Positions 1 to 7,930 of a stretch of 64,000 nucleotides of DNA are shown piece after piece. The position numbers and the translations under genes are program-made. Position 1 is the stretch's first letter; each line of letters starts with the position of its first letter. The notes under the pieces were generated by a model. The model worked only from the letters and a program-made list of their open reading frames with translations, was not told the origin of the DNA and did no database searches. The DNA comes from a virus: the IMG/VR virus record IMGVR_UViG_3300017971_000032, positions 13,501 through 77,500 of that record, one strand, 5' to 3'.

Positions 1-396
1 GTGGTGGATGCACTTGAGGCAGGCAAGTCGATCATCGTGACGGTCACGGAGAAAGGGTATGTCATCAGTATGGGCGGCACTGTCACGGCTCAGCAGGCTC
101 AGGAGGAGCCCAAGCCCAAGCGCAAGGGGTTGCGTGGGGATGAGTTCTGGCGAGAGGTTCTCACTGAGGATTACTACGACTTCAATAAGGTGGACTGCGG
201 CACCGGCAAGCCTTGGGAGAAGATGTCCAAGGAGGAGAAGGTAGAGTTCGCTGAGGAGTTGGATGTCACGTGGGAGGAGATGGATTCGGATCTTGTCACC
301 ACGATGAATATGGTCAAGGCAGTGTATGCGGAGTTGGGCATCGAGAAGTACAAGGAAGAGTACAAGTCGCCTTCCGCTCGCAAAGCGCTGCGGTGA
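1..396 (+). CDS. Hypothetical acidic protein, probably truncated at the window edge
   Basis: Open frame from position 1, followed by a terminator-like hairpin; no recognisable motif. Confidence 0.6.
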   Translation: MVDALEAGKSIIVTVTEKGYVISMGGTVTAQQAQEEPKPKRKGLRGDEFWREVLTEDYYDFNKVDCGTGKPWEKMSKEEKVEFAEELDVTWEEMDSDLVTTMNMVKAVYAELGIEKYKEEYKSPSARKALR

Positions 397-413
397 TCTA
401 TAGGTGTTGGCTT

Positions 414-449
414 GAGGAGAGACAGGGTATTGCGCCCTGTCTCTTCTTT
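414..449 (+). terminator. Intrinsic terminator-like hairpin
   Basis: AGAGACAGGG-7 nt loop-CCCTGTCTCT followed by TCTTT, just after the first ORF. Confidence 0.65.
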
Positions 450-500
450 GGGATAGTGTGCTGTGGGATAGGGTAGGCAACTTGAAGTGGATTTGATAAT

Positions 501-1340
501 TTGATGTACACTTGGCAGACATTTGGCCGGGAATTGATAGAGACTGAAGACCTGGATCCAGTGTACGTCATGCTAGTGGATTCCAAAGCGCTTATGAATG
601 ATAATCTGTTGAAGCGCTGGTTGCTGGCATATTGGTGCTATTACAGTTGCGGTGTGGCCTCGCGCATAGCGGAGTCGGATGACTTTTATGCATCCATGTG
701 GCAGGGCATTCATGAGAAGTGGCCCAGAGGGATGGAGCGTCGGTACTTCTGGGGTCGGCAGGCTGAGAATGCAATCCAATATCTCCAAGAGTGGGGTGAG
801 CCAGAGGCTGTAGTAGATCATATGACAATCCATGATACGTTCCAGGAAGCATCCGATGCCGTTCAAGAGTTTGTGGGGTTTGGGCCTTGGATGGGCTGGA
901 AGATTGTGGACATGGCTGAAAGGGTATTGGCTATTCCGGTTGACTTCTCTGAATCCACGTTAGGCATTTATAAGGATCCAGTTCAAGGTGCAGCGTTCGT
1001 GCGGTTTGGGGATTGGAAGCATCCTATCACTGAGGCTGAGTTGGATGAAGAAGTCCAGCGCCAGGTGGAGGAGTTCAAAGATCTATTGGCGCCACCATTC
1101 TATGATAGGCCACCTAATATCCAAGAAGTTGAGACTAATTTATGCAAGGCTAAGGCATCATTCAAGGGATTTTACCCGATGGGAAACGACACGTACCATG
1201 TACGTGAGAGCTTGAAGGGTTGGGGTGACTTAGCTCAGGAGCTGTTAGGGTGGTGCCCTAGGATGCGGGATGGGTGGGTGGATGAGGACGGCAACTTATT
1301 GCGGGCGAACAGGGTAGAGGTGGTGGAGACATATGGCTGA
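501..1340 (+). CDS. Amino acid:DNA transferase (alpha-glutamyl/putrescinyl thymine pyrophosphorylase family, clade 2-like)
   Basis: DLDPVY, RWLLAYWCYY, WPRGMERRYF, HhH-like GFGPWMGWK and NIQEVETNLCK motifs; neighbours are radical SAM, PLP enzyme and kinase genes. Confidence 0.75.
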   Translation: MMYTWQTFGRELIETEDLDPVYVMLVDSKALMNDNLLKRWLLAYWCYYSCGVASRIAESDDFYASMWQGIHEKWPRGMERRYFWGRQAENAIQYLQEWGEPEAVVDHMTIHDTFQEASDAVQEFVGFGPWMGWKIVDMAERVLAIPVDFSESTLGIYKDPVQGAAFVRFGDWKHPITEAELDEEVQRQVEEFKDLLAPPFYDRPPNIQEVETNLCKAKASFKGFYPMGNDTYHVRESLKGWGDLAQELLGWCPRMRDGWVDEDGNLLRANRVEVVETYG

Positions 1341-2754
1341 TAATGACAATCATGGGGTGCAAGAGTTTCATAGGTTGAATGAGCCTGTGGGTGAGGGTGA
1401 GGATGAGCATGGTCATTATCAGCTCATACCTTTGAGCATGGTGCGTGGAGGCAAGGCCAAGCCTTATAAAGTGTACACGAAGCCGATGAAGCATTTACTC
1501 AGAGACACTACGCCTGCACCCAGAGGCTGGTACAAGCCAAAGCACCCTGAATCTGACCGTGTGCGGGCAAGACCTTGCTACACTGAAGCACTTCTTACCA
1601 CACCCTATGGTGGATTTTGCCCTGTTAATTGCGCCCATTGCTATGTGAATAACGGAACACGCGGATACCGTGCTACAGGATTGCCGGTGGCACATTACAA
1701 ATATCCGGAGGCAATGCGAAAATGGGTTTCTAAGCTGTCTATCTCTGGTGCTGCATATATTACCTCATTCAGTGAACCGTTTCACTTCTTAGAGCCAGAA
1801 TACCACGTTACGCAGAATCTAGCGCAGGTCTTCATTGACGAGGGTTTGCCGATGTTCTTCCTATCGCGCAAGATTCCGCCTGATTGGGCTATGGATGCGT
1901 TGCTTGAAAATCCATATAGCTATATGCAGTGGAGCGTTAACACATCCAACCCCGATCACTACAGGCGATTCTCGCCAGGCAGCTTTAGTTTGGATGAGGT
2001 GTACGAGGCTATACAGCGCTTCCATGACAATCGCATCTTTGTTAGCATTCAATGCAATCCCATCATAGCGGGCATCACCACGCTCCAGGAGATTGTAGAT
2101 TTGGTGTATGAATTGGAGTATGCGGGTGCTGATCACATCATCTTCAAGTTCGTGGAGCAAGTGGCTAACAATCGCAAGGTGCTGCTGGATGCGTTCCACA
2201 GGCGTGGATTGCCGCATGTGGACGCATTTGACAATCTATTCAGCCAAGTGATTGGTGGGGTGTACACGATTAATGAGGATGTGCGTGTGGAATGGCTGGA
2301 AGTGCTGTTGGAGGAAACACGCAAGGCAGGCTTGACCATGAGCTTGTGCTATGAGTACTATGATGATGGTCATGCTGGCGCCAATTTGGCTCCTTACTAT
2401 ACTACGGCGGATCAATGCCATGGGCGTGGGGTGCCTATATTCTATCGTCCTGAGCCTGGAGCACGCTTCCAACCGTTGCCTGGGTGCTACCGCAAGGGTT
2501 GTCTGTATTGTGAGGAGTACGGCACGCGTGTGTGTGAGAATGATAAATTACTAAGCGCTTCAGATTTTCAGTATAAAGATCTGCGCACTATTCAGATCGA
2601 AGGGCACGAGTCTAATTGGGACTTGCCAGATAGTTGTGTCAGTCCTGATGAGCTGACCTTTCACGATAACTGCACATTTTCGGAACGACTACGGTTTGGC
2701 AATCCGAAGCTACAAACGGATGCTGAGATGTGGGGATGGGATGACGAAGTATAA
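1333..2754 (+). CDS. Radical SAM enzyme (SPL-like), DNA base modification
   Basis: CPVNCAHC (CxxxCxxC) motif, C-terminal CYRKGCLYC; gene context. Confidence 0.8.
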   Translation: MADNDNHGVQEFHRLNEPVGEGEDEHGHYQLIPLSMVRGGKAKPYKVYTKPMKHLLRDTTPAPRGWYKPKHPESDRVRARPCYTEALLTTPYGGFCPVNCAHCYVNNGTRGYRATGLPVAHYKYPEAMRKWVSKLSISGAAYITSFSEPFHFLEPEYHVTQNLAQVFIDEGLPMFFLSRKIPPDWAMDALLENPYSYMQWSVNTSNPDHYRRFSPGSFSLDEVYEAIQRFHDNRIFVSIQCNPIIAGITTLQEIVDLVYELEYAGADHIIFKFVEQVANNRKVLLDAFHRRGLPHVDAFDNLFSQVIGGVYTINEDVRVEWLEVLLEETRKAGLTMSLCYEYYDDGHAGANLAPYYTTADQCHGRGVPIFYRPEPGARFQPLPGCYRKGCLYCEEYGTRVCENDKLLSASDFQYKDLRTIQIEGHESNWDLPDSCVSPDELTFHDNCTFSERLRFGNPKLQTDAEMWGWDDEV

Positions 2755-3484
2755 GGTTTGTAATAAGTGGGATATAGACATACCAGATAGTGCATTGGTT
2801 GCGGCTGATGATAATCCGGGCAGTATTGCCAGGCCATATACATATTATATAGACCATAAGTTGGCGGATATAGGATATCAGGCCTGGTGCCGGGAGTACT
2901 TGTTGAATAATTTGGAAGGTGTACATAGTGTAGTGGAGTACTTTGGTGGTATAGGTGTGGATGCATCTATAGTAGAAGGCACATTCGATTTGGAAGAGCA
3001 TGTTTTATTGGATTTGGATGCCGGATGTGTGGACATTTTGCGCAGAAACAATCCAGAAGCGGAGAGAATAATACAAGGTGATTTTGTGGAATATGCTGGC
3101 ATAAGAGCTGATTTGGCTATATGTGATTTTGAACAATTCACGATGCTGCACATTACCAGAAATAGGAATGGCATGCGTGAGGCATTAGGCAAGGTGCTGT
3201 CAGCTTGCGATTGTTGTATAGTAACTGGCTCAGCAATTAGTAGGATGCATCTGAATGTAGATATATACTCTGAGGCTTCTGACATGCTTGTGAGGGACGT
3301 GTTCACATATATGCAAGCCATGTCTCATTGCTTTTATGATTTATATGGTTTCTGTGTGGGCATGGTGGCTTATGGGCCTCATGCATCGTTCATTACACTT
3401 CTTCCTGGCAAGCATGACTTATGCAATGCTGCATGTATAAAGGCTCCTAGTAGTGCTAGGGATAGTTTCAGGAGAATGGGATGA
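2741..3484 (+). CDS. Class I SAM-dependent methyltransferase-like protein
   Basis: VVEYFGGIG (motif I), LLDLD, IIQGDF; start moved to ATG 2741, overlapping the previous gene. Confidence 0.6.
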   Translation: MTKYKVCNKWDIDIPDSALVAADDNPGSIARPYTYYIDHKLADIGYQAWCREYLLNNLEGVHSVVEYFGGIGVDASIVEGTFDLEEHVLLDLDAGCVDILRRNNPEAERIIQGDFVEYAGIRADLAICDFEQFTMLHITRNRNGMREALGKVLSACDCCIVTGSAISRMHLNVDIYSEASDMLVRDVFTYMQAMSHCFYDLYGFCVGMVAYGPHASFITLLPGKHDLCNAACIKAPSSARDSFRRMG

Positions 3485-4350
3485 TGCATGACATGGTTTG
3501 TAGTTGGGAGCCTAGTTCTGGCAATGATAATCTTGTAGTGTCCAACACGCCCTGGGAAGTCTATAAGATAGATGGTGTGCCTGTTCATGTCAAGCGTGAG
3601 GATTTGTGTTGCCCACCTCCTGGGCCCAGTTTCTCTAAGATACGTGGTGTCAAGGCATATTTGGAGGAAGTGCCAAATGATACAGTTGTGGGCGTGTTGG
3701 ACACGATCCATTCCAAGGCTGGTTGGGGTGTGGCGTACGTATGCAATGCCTTGGGCTTAGAGTGCGTGGATTTTTATCCTGTATACAAACATGAGCCTTG
3801 GGAAACTGTGAGGCCTATACAAGCCAAGGCTAAAGAATTGGGAGCCACTTTGTATCCTATGAAGGCTTGGCGCTCCTCAGTGATGTATGGCAGGGCGAAG
3901 AAGATCTTAGATAAGATGGCAGATGATCGGGCACTCATGATGCCTAATGCTCTTAAGCTTCAAGCTACTGTAGATGCTACTGCAGAGGAGGTACGGTTGT
4001 ACACGCCCCAAGAATGGATGAGTGGCACTTGGATAGTATCCATATCGTCTGGCACAATAGCAGCTGGCGTGCTGAAAGGTTTGGGTGGCAATGATAATGT
4101 TTGCGTGATCGCTCATATGGGATATTCACGCAGTTCAGATTATGCCCGCAAGTATATGATAGACATGGCCAAGGGTGATGTACCATCAGACATATTGATA
4201 ATAGATGAAGGGTACGAATACACTGATTCAGTGAAGGAGAGTTGTCCATTTGAATGTAACAAATTCTATGATCTCAAGGCTTGGAAGTGGTTGAAGGGTG
4301 TTGTTGCTTCAATTGACCAACCTGTCATATTTTGGAACATAGGAGATTGA
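3481..4350 (+). CDS. PLP-dependent enzyme (fold type II), likely on-DNA decarboxylase
   Basis: VKREDL...FSKIRG (PLP lysine), SISSGTIAAG, YDLKAWKWL, IFWNIG. Confidence 0.8.
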   Translation: MMHDMVCSWEPSSGNDNLVVSNTPWEVYKIDGVPVHVKREDLCCPPPGPSFSKIRGVKAYLEEVPNDTVVGVLDTIHSKAGWGVAYVCNALGLECVDFYPVYKHEPWETVRPIQAKAKELGATLYPMKAWRSSVMYGRAKKILDKMADDRALMMPNALKLQATVDATAEEVRLYTPQEWMSGTWIVSISSGTIAAGVLKGLGGNDNVCVIAHMGYSRSSDYARKYMIDMAKGDVPSDILIIDEGYEYTDSVKESCPFECNKFYDLKAWKWLKGVVASIDQPVIFWNIGD

Positions 4351-4351
4351 C

Positions 4352-4600
4352 ATGGACATTACCAGCATCAGGGCTGAAGGTTCGGACAAGCATGTTGTAA
4401 TCAATGTGGATGGCACTGGTGAGGATTTATCCAAGTTGGGTGTGAATATCAGCGCTTTGAGATATGATCAGTGGTTCAATGTAGATTTGCAGGTATACCC
4501 ATCTACCTTGGACAAGATCATGCATGTCGAAGCTATTCCGCAGGAGCAGAGAGATCACATTAGACAGTTGGTGGAGGCAGGACATGGCGACGAAAGCTAA
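4352..4600 (+). CDS. Hypothetical protein
   Basis: Fills the operon gap; GGAG upstream. Confidence 0.55.
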   Translation: MDITSIRAEGSDKHVVINVDGTGEDLSKLGVNISALRYDQWFNVDLQVYPSTLDKIMHVEAIPQEQRDHIRQLVEAGHGDES

Positions 4601-4766
4601 TGATCAAGGATTTGAGGATGGCTTGTTGGGCAGACGCAGGCGCAACAGGCACAGATTTGAGCCGGAGAAGGCAGCTGACTACGATACTGGCTACGATGAT
4701 GCCGTGTTGAGATTGAAGGAGATTGGGCGTGGCAGGCCAGTGCGTGTGCGACATTTGACTGGATGA
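4584..4766 (+). CDS. Small hypothetical protein (GFEDG...YDTGY pattern)
   Basis: GGAGG RBS before ATG 4584; tightly packed in the operon. Confidence 0.5.
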   Translation: MATKANDQGFEDGLLGRRRRNRHRFEPEKAADYDTGYDDAVLRLKEIGRGRPVRVRHLTG

Positions 4767-4770
4767 TAAT

Positions 4771-5367
4771 ATGGCCCTACTAGGTATATATGGCCCGCAT
4801 GCAGTAGGTAAGACTACTGCTATGGACAGACTAATTGATAAAGTGGAAGGCAGGCCTGTCACTATCATCAATGCTGATAACAATCTGGAGCGCTGGTGGA
4901 ATGATAACAGTCTTGAGGAGATGCGCCACAAAGGTCGTGGTTGGTGGAAGGGCAAGGCTGAGGGCAAGCGTGCGCTGTGTGCAGACCTTATAGCTGATGA
5001 TATGCGCTTATGGGTGCTGGAGAGTGTGCGCTTCGACACTCACAAGGGCATTGCCCAAGCATATCAGGACTATGATGGTGGAGCACATGTGATATTCTTG
5101 GTTGCACGTTGGGATGTATTCGAATCATTCATGATAGAGCGCAACGAAGCTAATGGCAGAGAGTTCAATTATGATTATTGGACGCAATCCAAGCTGGCCT
5201 ATGAAGGATATGCTAGGTACATCAATCAGGCTCACAAGTACTTCGATCCATATGGAGTGCCATATGATGTAATTGAGGTCAGTCATGACCGGCATGAGTG
5301 GTCGGAGATTGATGAGCTAATTTGGATGCAAGTGATGAAGCCGTTGGATAGGTGGTATAATGGCTGA
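4771..5367 (+). CDS. P-loop nucleotide/DNA kinase
   Basis: N-terminal Walker A GPHAVGKTT; NMP-kinase-like length. Confidence 0.7.
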   Translation: MALLGIYGPHAVGKTTAMDRLIDKVEGRPVTIINADNNLERWWNDNSLEEMRHKGRGWWKGKAEGKRALCADLIADDMRLWVLESVRFDTHKGIAQAYQDYDGGAHVIFLVARWDVFESFMIERNEANGREFNYDYWTQSKLAYEGYARYINQAHKYFDPYGVPYDVIEVSHDRHEWSEIDELIWMQVMKPLDRWYNG

Positions 5368-5515
5368 GATTGTAATGAGTGTGATCCTATATCTGGCAGC
5401 TAAATGTTTGATATGGATAGGGTTGTTGCCAGACACTGAATCGGCAATTTTGCTATTATTGTGCCTAGTGTTTGTAGTACTGTCAAACCTCAATTTGTCA
5501 GGGGATTCAGCATGA
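5360..5515 (+). CDS. Small membrane protein (51 aa, absent from the ORF track)
   Basis: Two hydrophobic stretches; overlaps the previous stop and ends in an ATGA overlap with the next gene. Confidence 0.55.
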   Translation: MAEIVMSVILYLAAKCLIWIGLLPDTESAILLLLCLVFVVLSNLNLSGDSA

Positions 5516-6147
5516 AGCTTGTTCAGATAAAGGGTAGCAATGGTTCAGGAAAGACCACTATAGTCAAGCAGATGCTGGAGTTGGATCCAGATGCTTACTA
5601 TTTGGAATATGATGGCATGATAATCGCAACTGTCATGCCTACGGTGCGGTGGATTGCTGTAGGCAAGTATGATCTTGAATCGAAGATGGGTGGTTGTGAT
5701 AGGTTGTCTAGTGTGGACAAAGTGAAGGATGCTATAGACAGATCGTTGGATTGGGCATGTGAGTTGTCTGATATGGAACCTATGTATGGGATTGTGTATG
5801 AGGGTATGATGATAAGCACCATTAAGACGACTTTCTATGATTATGCTGTCTTAATGGCAAGTCGTTATGATGTGGATCCGTTGTTCGTAATATTAAGCGC
5901 TTCTCCGAAAGGGTGTATGCATCGCATACAAGATCGTGGTACAGCACGCAAAGACCTTAACCATGATAATGTGGCTAACAAGTGTTTGATGGTAAGACGT
6001 CATGCCTTAACGTATGACCCTGAGCTTGTGAGGTGGATGGATGTGGAGCGTATACCAGAGGCTTATATGTTACAAGCCTTTGCGGCATTGGTAGGAGATC
6101 ATGATTTGGTTGCCAGGTTGGTCATAGGAGCAGATTGGGGTGAATAA
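5512..6147 (+). CDS. 5-hydroxymethyluracil DNA kinase-like P-loop kinase
   Basis: QIKGSNGSGKTT, GKY...GGCD, IVYEG motifs; context. Confidence 0.75.
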   Translation: MKLVQIKGSNGSGKTTIVKQMLELDPDAYYLEYDGMIIATVMPTVRWIAVGKYDLESKMGGCDRLSSVDKVKDAIDRSLDWACELSDMEPMYGIVYEGMMISTIKTTFYDYAVLMASRYDVDPLFVILSASPKGCMHRIQDRGTARKDLNHDNVANKCLMVRRHALTYDPELVRWMDVERIPEAYMLQAFAALVGDHDLVARLVIGADWGE

Positions 6148-6895
6148 CATCGAAGTAGGATACATGACCAGTACAGAACATCTCATGTCAATGACAATCT
6201 ATGGTGAATCGTTAGATAGGGATAATGTGCCAACGTTTCCTAATGGTTGGCGTTTAGATCTGTGTGGAGAATGTAATGGGGCCAATGGGGGTTGTCCTGT
6301 AGGCGGGGCACCTCATTATCACCAGCTGAAGTCATCTATCCAAGGCTTTTATGTATTGGTGGTACGCTTTGATATGGTTTGGGCTATCAAATATGGTGGT
6401 GTGGGCAAGGGTGTGAGGCAGTCTAATTACTTCCGCTCTGGGTACGCAGACCGTCTGACAGATTGGTATACATGGAGGCTGTTGCGTAGGCTTGAGGAGA
6501 ATGCTAGTGCTTACAGCTTAGGATGTGGCAATTGTCCCAAATGCTCTCCCAAGAAATGCACTGTCATGACTGGTGCCAAGTGCTTATATCCCGATCAGCG
6601 CAGATACTCAGTAGAGGCTGTGGGTGTGGATTGCTCATCCTTGCACAATATGCTGTTTGGGCATCGTTTGGCTTACTGGTACTATGAGGAAGAATTGCCT
6701 CAATACATGTATCGTTATAGCGGGCTATTTGTGGAGGATGATGTGTGGGATTATGTAGTAGAGGCAGTATTGGCAGATGCTAGTTACAATGACAATCTGC
6801 CTGAGCCGCATGGCTTGCAGAGTGTGGAGTGCGAAGCGCCAGAGGGAGTATATGATGAGGGCATGGCATACCAGGGATACTTGCCCAAGTCCTGA
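6140..6895 (+). CDS. DUF2284-like Cys-rich metal-binding protein
   Basis: GCGNCPKC..KC......CLYPDQRRYSVEAVGVD pattern. Confidence 0.6.
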   Translation: MNNIEVGYMTSTEHLMSMTIYGESLDRDNVPTFPNGWRLDLCGECNGANGGCPVGGAPHYHQLKSSIQGFYVLVVRFDMVWAIKYGGVGKGVRQSNYFRSGYADRLTDWYTWRLLRRLEENASAYSLGCGNCPKCSPKKCTVMTGAKCLYPDQRRYSVEAVGVDCSSLHNMLFGHRLAYWYYEEELPQYMYRYSGLFVEDDVWDYVVEAVLADASYNDNLPEPHGLQSVECEAPEGVYDEGMAYQGYLPKS

Positions 6896-7433
6896 TAATT
6901 ATGTATGCCAAGAATGTGGTTTGTATAAGGGGTTAAATCACCCATTTCAGGGCATGGTAGGCAATGACAATCCACAGATATTGGCGGTGGCAGAGGCTCC
7001 CTGATGTGACACGGAGGAGGTGGGTACCACCTTCATAGGTCGTTCGGGAGAGATACTGCGTAGCGCAATGAAAAAGTTAGGCATGGATGATGTAACAGGT
7101 TATATCAATGTAGTGCGATGTCATCCACCCAACAACAAGTTGCCTGCCAGGTGCGCTAAGTTGTGCGCTAATTTCCTGAGACATGATCTCAAAGCTTTGG
7201 ATGTGGAGGCAGTGATGGCATTTGGAGCTACGGCATCCAAAGCTTTGATGGCACCAGACAAACCTCCGCATGATTGGCCTGGTGCCATATATCAGGTCAA
7301 TGAGATGGCGCATAGACATTTGTTGTTATTGGCATATCACCCAGCATACATTCTTCGTAGGCCTGGTTTGAAGGAGCAGTGGATGAGTGATTTGAGGCGA
7401 TTCAAAGCTATGTGGAGGAGTTGCTATGGCTAA
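6852..7433 (+). CDS. Family 4 uracil-DNA glycosylase-like protein with in-frame TGA at 7002-7004 (recoded codon or pseudogene)
   Basis: Track ORFs 6777-7004 and 7020-7433 share one frame: CQECGL...AEAP*CDTEEVGTTFIGRSG...INVVRCHPP...YHPAYILR; GGAG before ATG 6852. Confidence 0.8.
7016..7034 (+). promoter_or_regulatory. Candidate bacterial SECIS-like hairpin
   Basis: GGAGGTGG-GTA-CCACCTTC begins 11 nt after the in-frame TGA; loop G and U fall at +23/+24 counting from the U of UGA. Confidence 0.45.
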
Positions 7434-7617
7434 GAGACATGTTCAGCAAAGTCTTAAAGTGATTCAGAAAAGGTGTTCTGTATGCGGACGCGGTATGAGA
7501 TGGGAGGCGGTACGTAACAGGTGTGTGAGAGCAGGCACTAATAGAATAGTGCAAGATGGATTGTGGGTTTGCACTAATGCTGAGTGTGGTGGTGACGATG
7601 TTAACAATGAAAAGTGA
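7426..7617 (+). CDS. Small zinc-ribbon protein
   Basis: CSVCG...WVCTNAECG; GGAGG RBS. Confidence 0.55.
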   Translation: MAKRHVQQSLKVIQKRCSVCGRGMRWEAVRNRCVRAGTNRIVQDGLWVCTNAECGGDDVNNEK

Positions 7618-7930
7618 TCAATCTGCCCACATGGCTGACCGTGTCCACGTTGAGGTGGAGCGTTCAAGGTTGGAGAGTATAGCTTACCGTGTCATCAATC
7701 TTGTGATGCGCAAGAATGCGGACTATGGTGACGCGTGGCAACGTCAGGGCATTAACGGAGCCATGGTGCGATTGGCTGACAAGCTTTACCGCATTGACAA
7801 TCTGTCTGATGGGCGTGAGGTGTTGGTGCAGGAGGAAAGGTTGCTGGACACGCTGGTAGATGCTATCGGGTATGCTATGTTAGGCATATTATACCTTCAA
7901 GATGCGGGAGTGTTGGATGACAGTGAATGA
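7598..7930 (+). CDS. DUF1599 / nucleotide-modification-associated domain 1 (MazG-like fold)
   Basis: RKNADYGDAW, VRLADKLYRI, DTLVDAIGYA; start uncertain (7598 or 7607). Confidence 0.75.
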   Translation: MLTMKSDQSAHMADRVHVEVERSRLESIAYRVINLVMRKNADYGDAWQRQGINGAMVRLADKLYRIDNLSDGREVLVQEERLLDTLVDAIGYAMLGILYLQDAGVLDDSE

